In this document: one piece after another, positions 62,962 to 64,000 of the stretch
Layout of the letters: each line of letters starts with the position of its first letter
Position numbering within the stretch: the first letter of the stretch is position 1
Assembly: GCF_024521635.1 (NCBI RefSeq)
Contig: NW_026250444.1
Coordinates: 1 to 64,000, forward strand
DNA: 64,000 nucleotides
Source of the DNA: Tricharina praecox
Lineage: Eukaryota
Direction: 5' to 3'
Program-made: the position numbers and the translations under genes
The notes under the pieces: model-generated
Databases searched by the model: none
Told to the model about the DNA's origin: nothing
What the model saw: the letters and a program-made list of their open reading frames with translations, nothing else

Positions 62962-63616
62962 GGTGGGTTGTGGTTGGTTGGTGGGGTTAGTTAGTAGTAG
63001 GATGGTGAGGGTGACGTGAAGCTTGAGGTGTGTGGTGGTAGGTGGTAGGTAGGAGGTAGGTTGGGTGGATGGCGGGGTGAAGCTTATTTTGTGTGTGTAA
63101 CGTTGGCTTGGAGAAAGTTATTTCACGGCAGGGGAGAGTGAGAGTGCGAGTGATCGGTCAACCACTACCACGCTTCTATTTCGATGGGGGGTATTCTATT
63201 CCGGTCATACTGGGGTACTACAAGTAAGACTGTAAGAGACGACGAATGCGCGAGTCATTGGCACAGCTACGAGGTCCCATTGAGCTCTGGGATGGCGAGA
63301 TAAAAGGATGGCCGAGTCGACAAAGAGCTATTCACGGTTCGGCACAAGAAGCCCGACAAAACTACATAACTCATTCCCATCTCAAGAATTGAACAGTAGA
63401 CGTGGAGCTTGAATTGAATCCTTCAGACCTGCGTTCCATCGGCCGAACGCTAGAACTGGACTTGTCTCCACGAAGATTGCAGACTGACTTGAGATAATCA
63501 ACAAGCCTGTCCGCCATCGGGTGTATTGTTTCCACGTTTTAAGCTCCTGCACTGGTGAACAGGGAAACTTGTGACAAGTCCCCTTGACTGGACTCCTGAT
63601 CCATTCCTTCACGTCA

Positions 63617-64000
63617 TTTTTTTTTTGTTTAATCAGCAATTGCTTGCGACCTACTTATGTAGATCATGGCAATATATGTACACACTCCTATTCCACGCCA
63701 CTGTTCAACCCGACTTTCATCAAGTGGCCTGATGTGGCTTTCCCTGCTCCCCGCCCCGGCCTGTCCCAGCAATGAAGATAGAAATAACACTAGGAAAAGA
63801 CATATTCCGCTCCCTCTCCCTACTCCGCCCCGCCTCCATGAAAGAAGGTGTGGGGAGGAACAGCGGGAATGAGCCTGGCTCCTCGACCTCAGCACCCTCC
63901 TCCTCCTCTCGCTCCAGCTCTGCCCCCCTTTCTTCCCGCTCCCTAAGCTCCCATTCCGATACCTCGCTCTCTGAATCTCCCTCAGCCGCCTCTAGCATCC
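63617..64000 (-). mobile_element. 3' end of a LINE-like element running off the window edge
   Basis: Poly(A) at 63617 on the minus strand; 3'UTR shared with 45856-45992 and 49735-49797; upstream acidic ORF end SEVSEWELREREE..PLFLPTPSFM. Confidence 0.7.

Overview
Gene-dense, intron-containing filamentous ascomycete DNA (GT..CTRAC..YAG introns; a Pezizomycete is my unverified guess). Two conserved housekeeping blocks (about 0.7-39 kb and 56.7-63 kb) carry an NAD-dependent epimerase, TVP23, CDC26, TAF2, SAS4, YPT35, a Cys-rich GPI protein, VMA13, ATP3, TOP1, dynamitin, a BAH-PHD reader, ALG12, YOS1, a mitochondrial phosphate carrier, a beta-flanking-like hydrophilin, creB, a DUF3990/ART-like protein and a CBS protein. 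They flank an accessory island (about 39.1-52.9 kb). The island holds a triple CbbX/SpoVK-type AAA gene and a divergent unknown membrane-anchored gene, both interrupted by in-frame stop codons with the frame open beyond them. It also holds hAT-type MITEs, 5'-truncated LINE 3' ends with clear target-site duplications (TSDs), and decayed coding minisatellites. Features the ORF track misses: a box C/D snoRNA (snR52-like, 18S Am420 guide) in an ATP3 intron, a small spliced DASH-subunit-like gene 40 bp head-to-head with CDC26, and a 14-nt creB microexon. Single-base homopolymer frameshifts in ALG12 and the GPI gene suggest the assembly has indel errors, which weakens any frameshift-based claim. All family assignments are from my recall of motifs, not from database searches.
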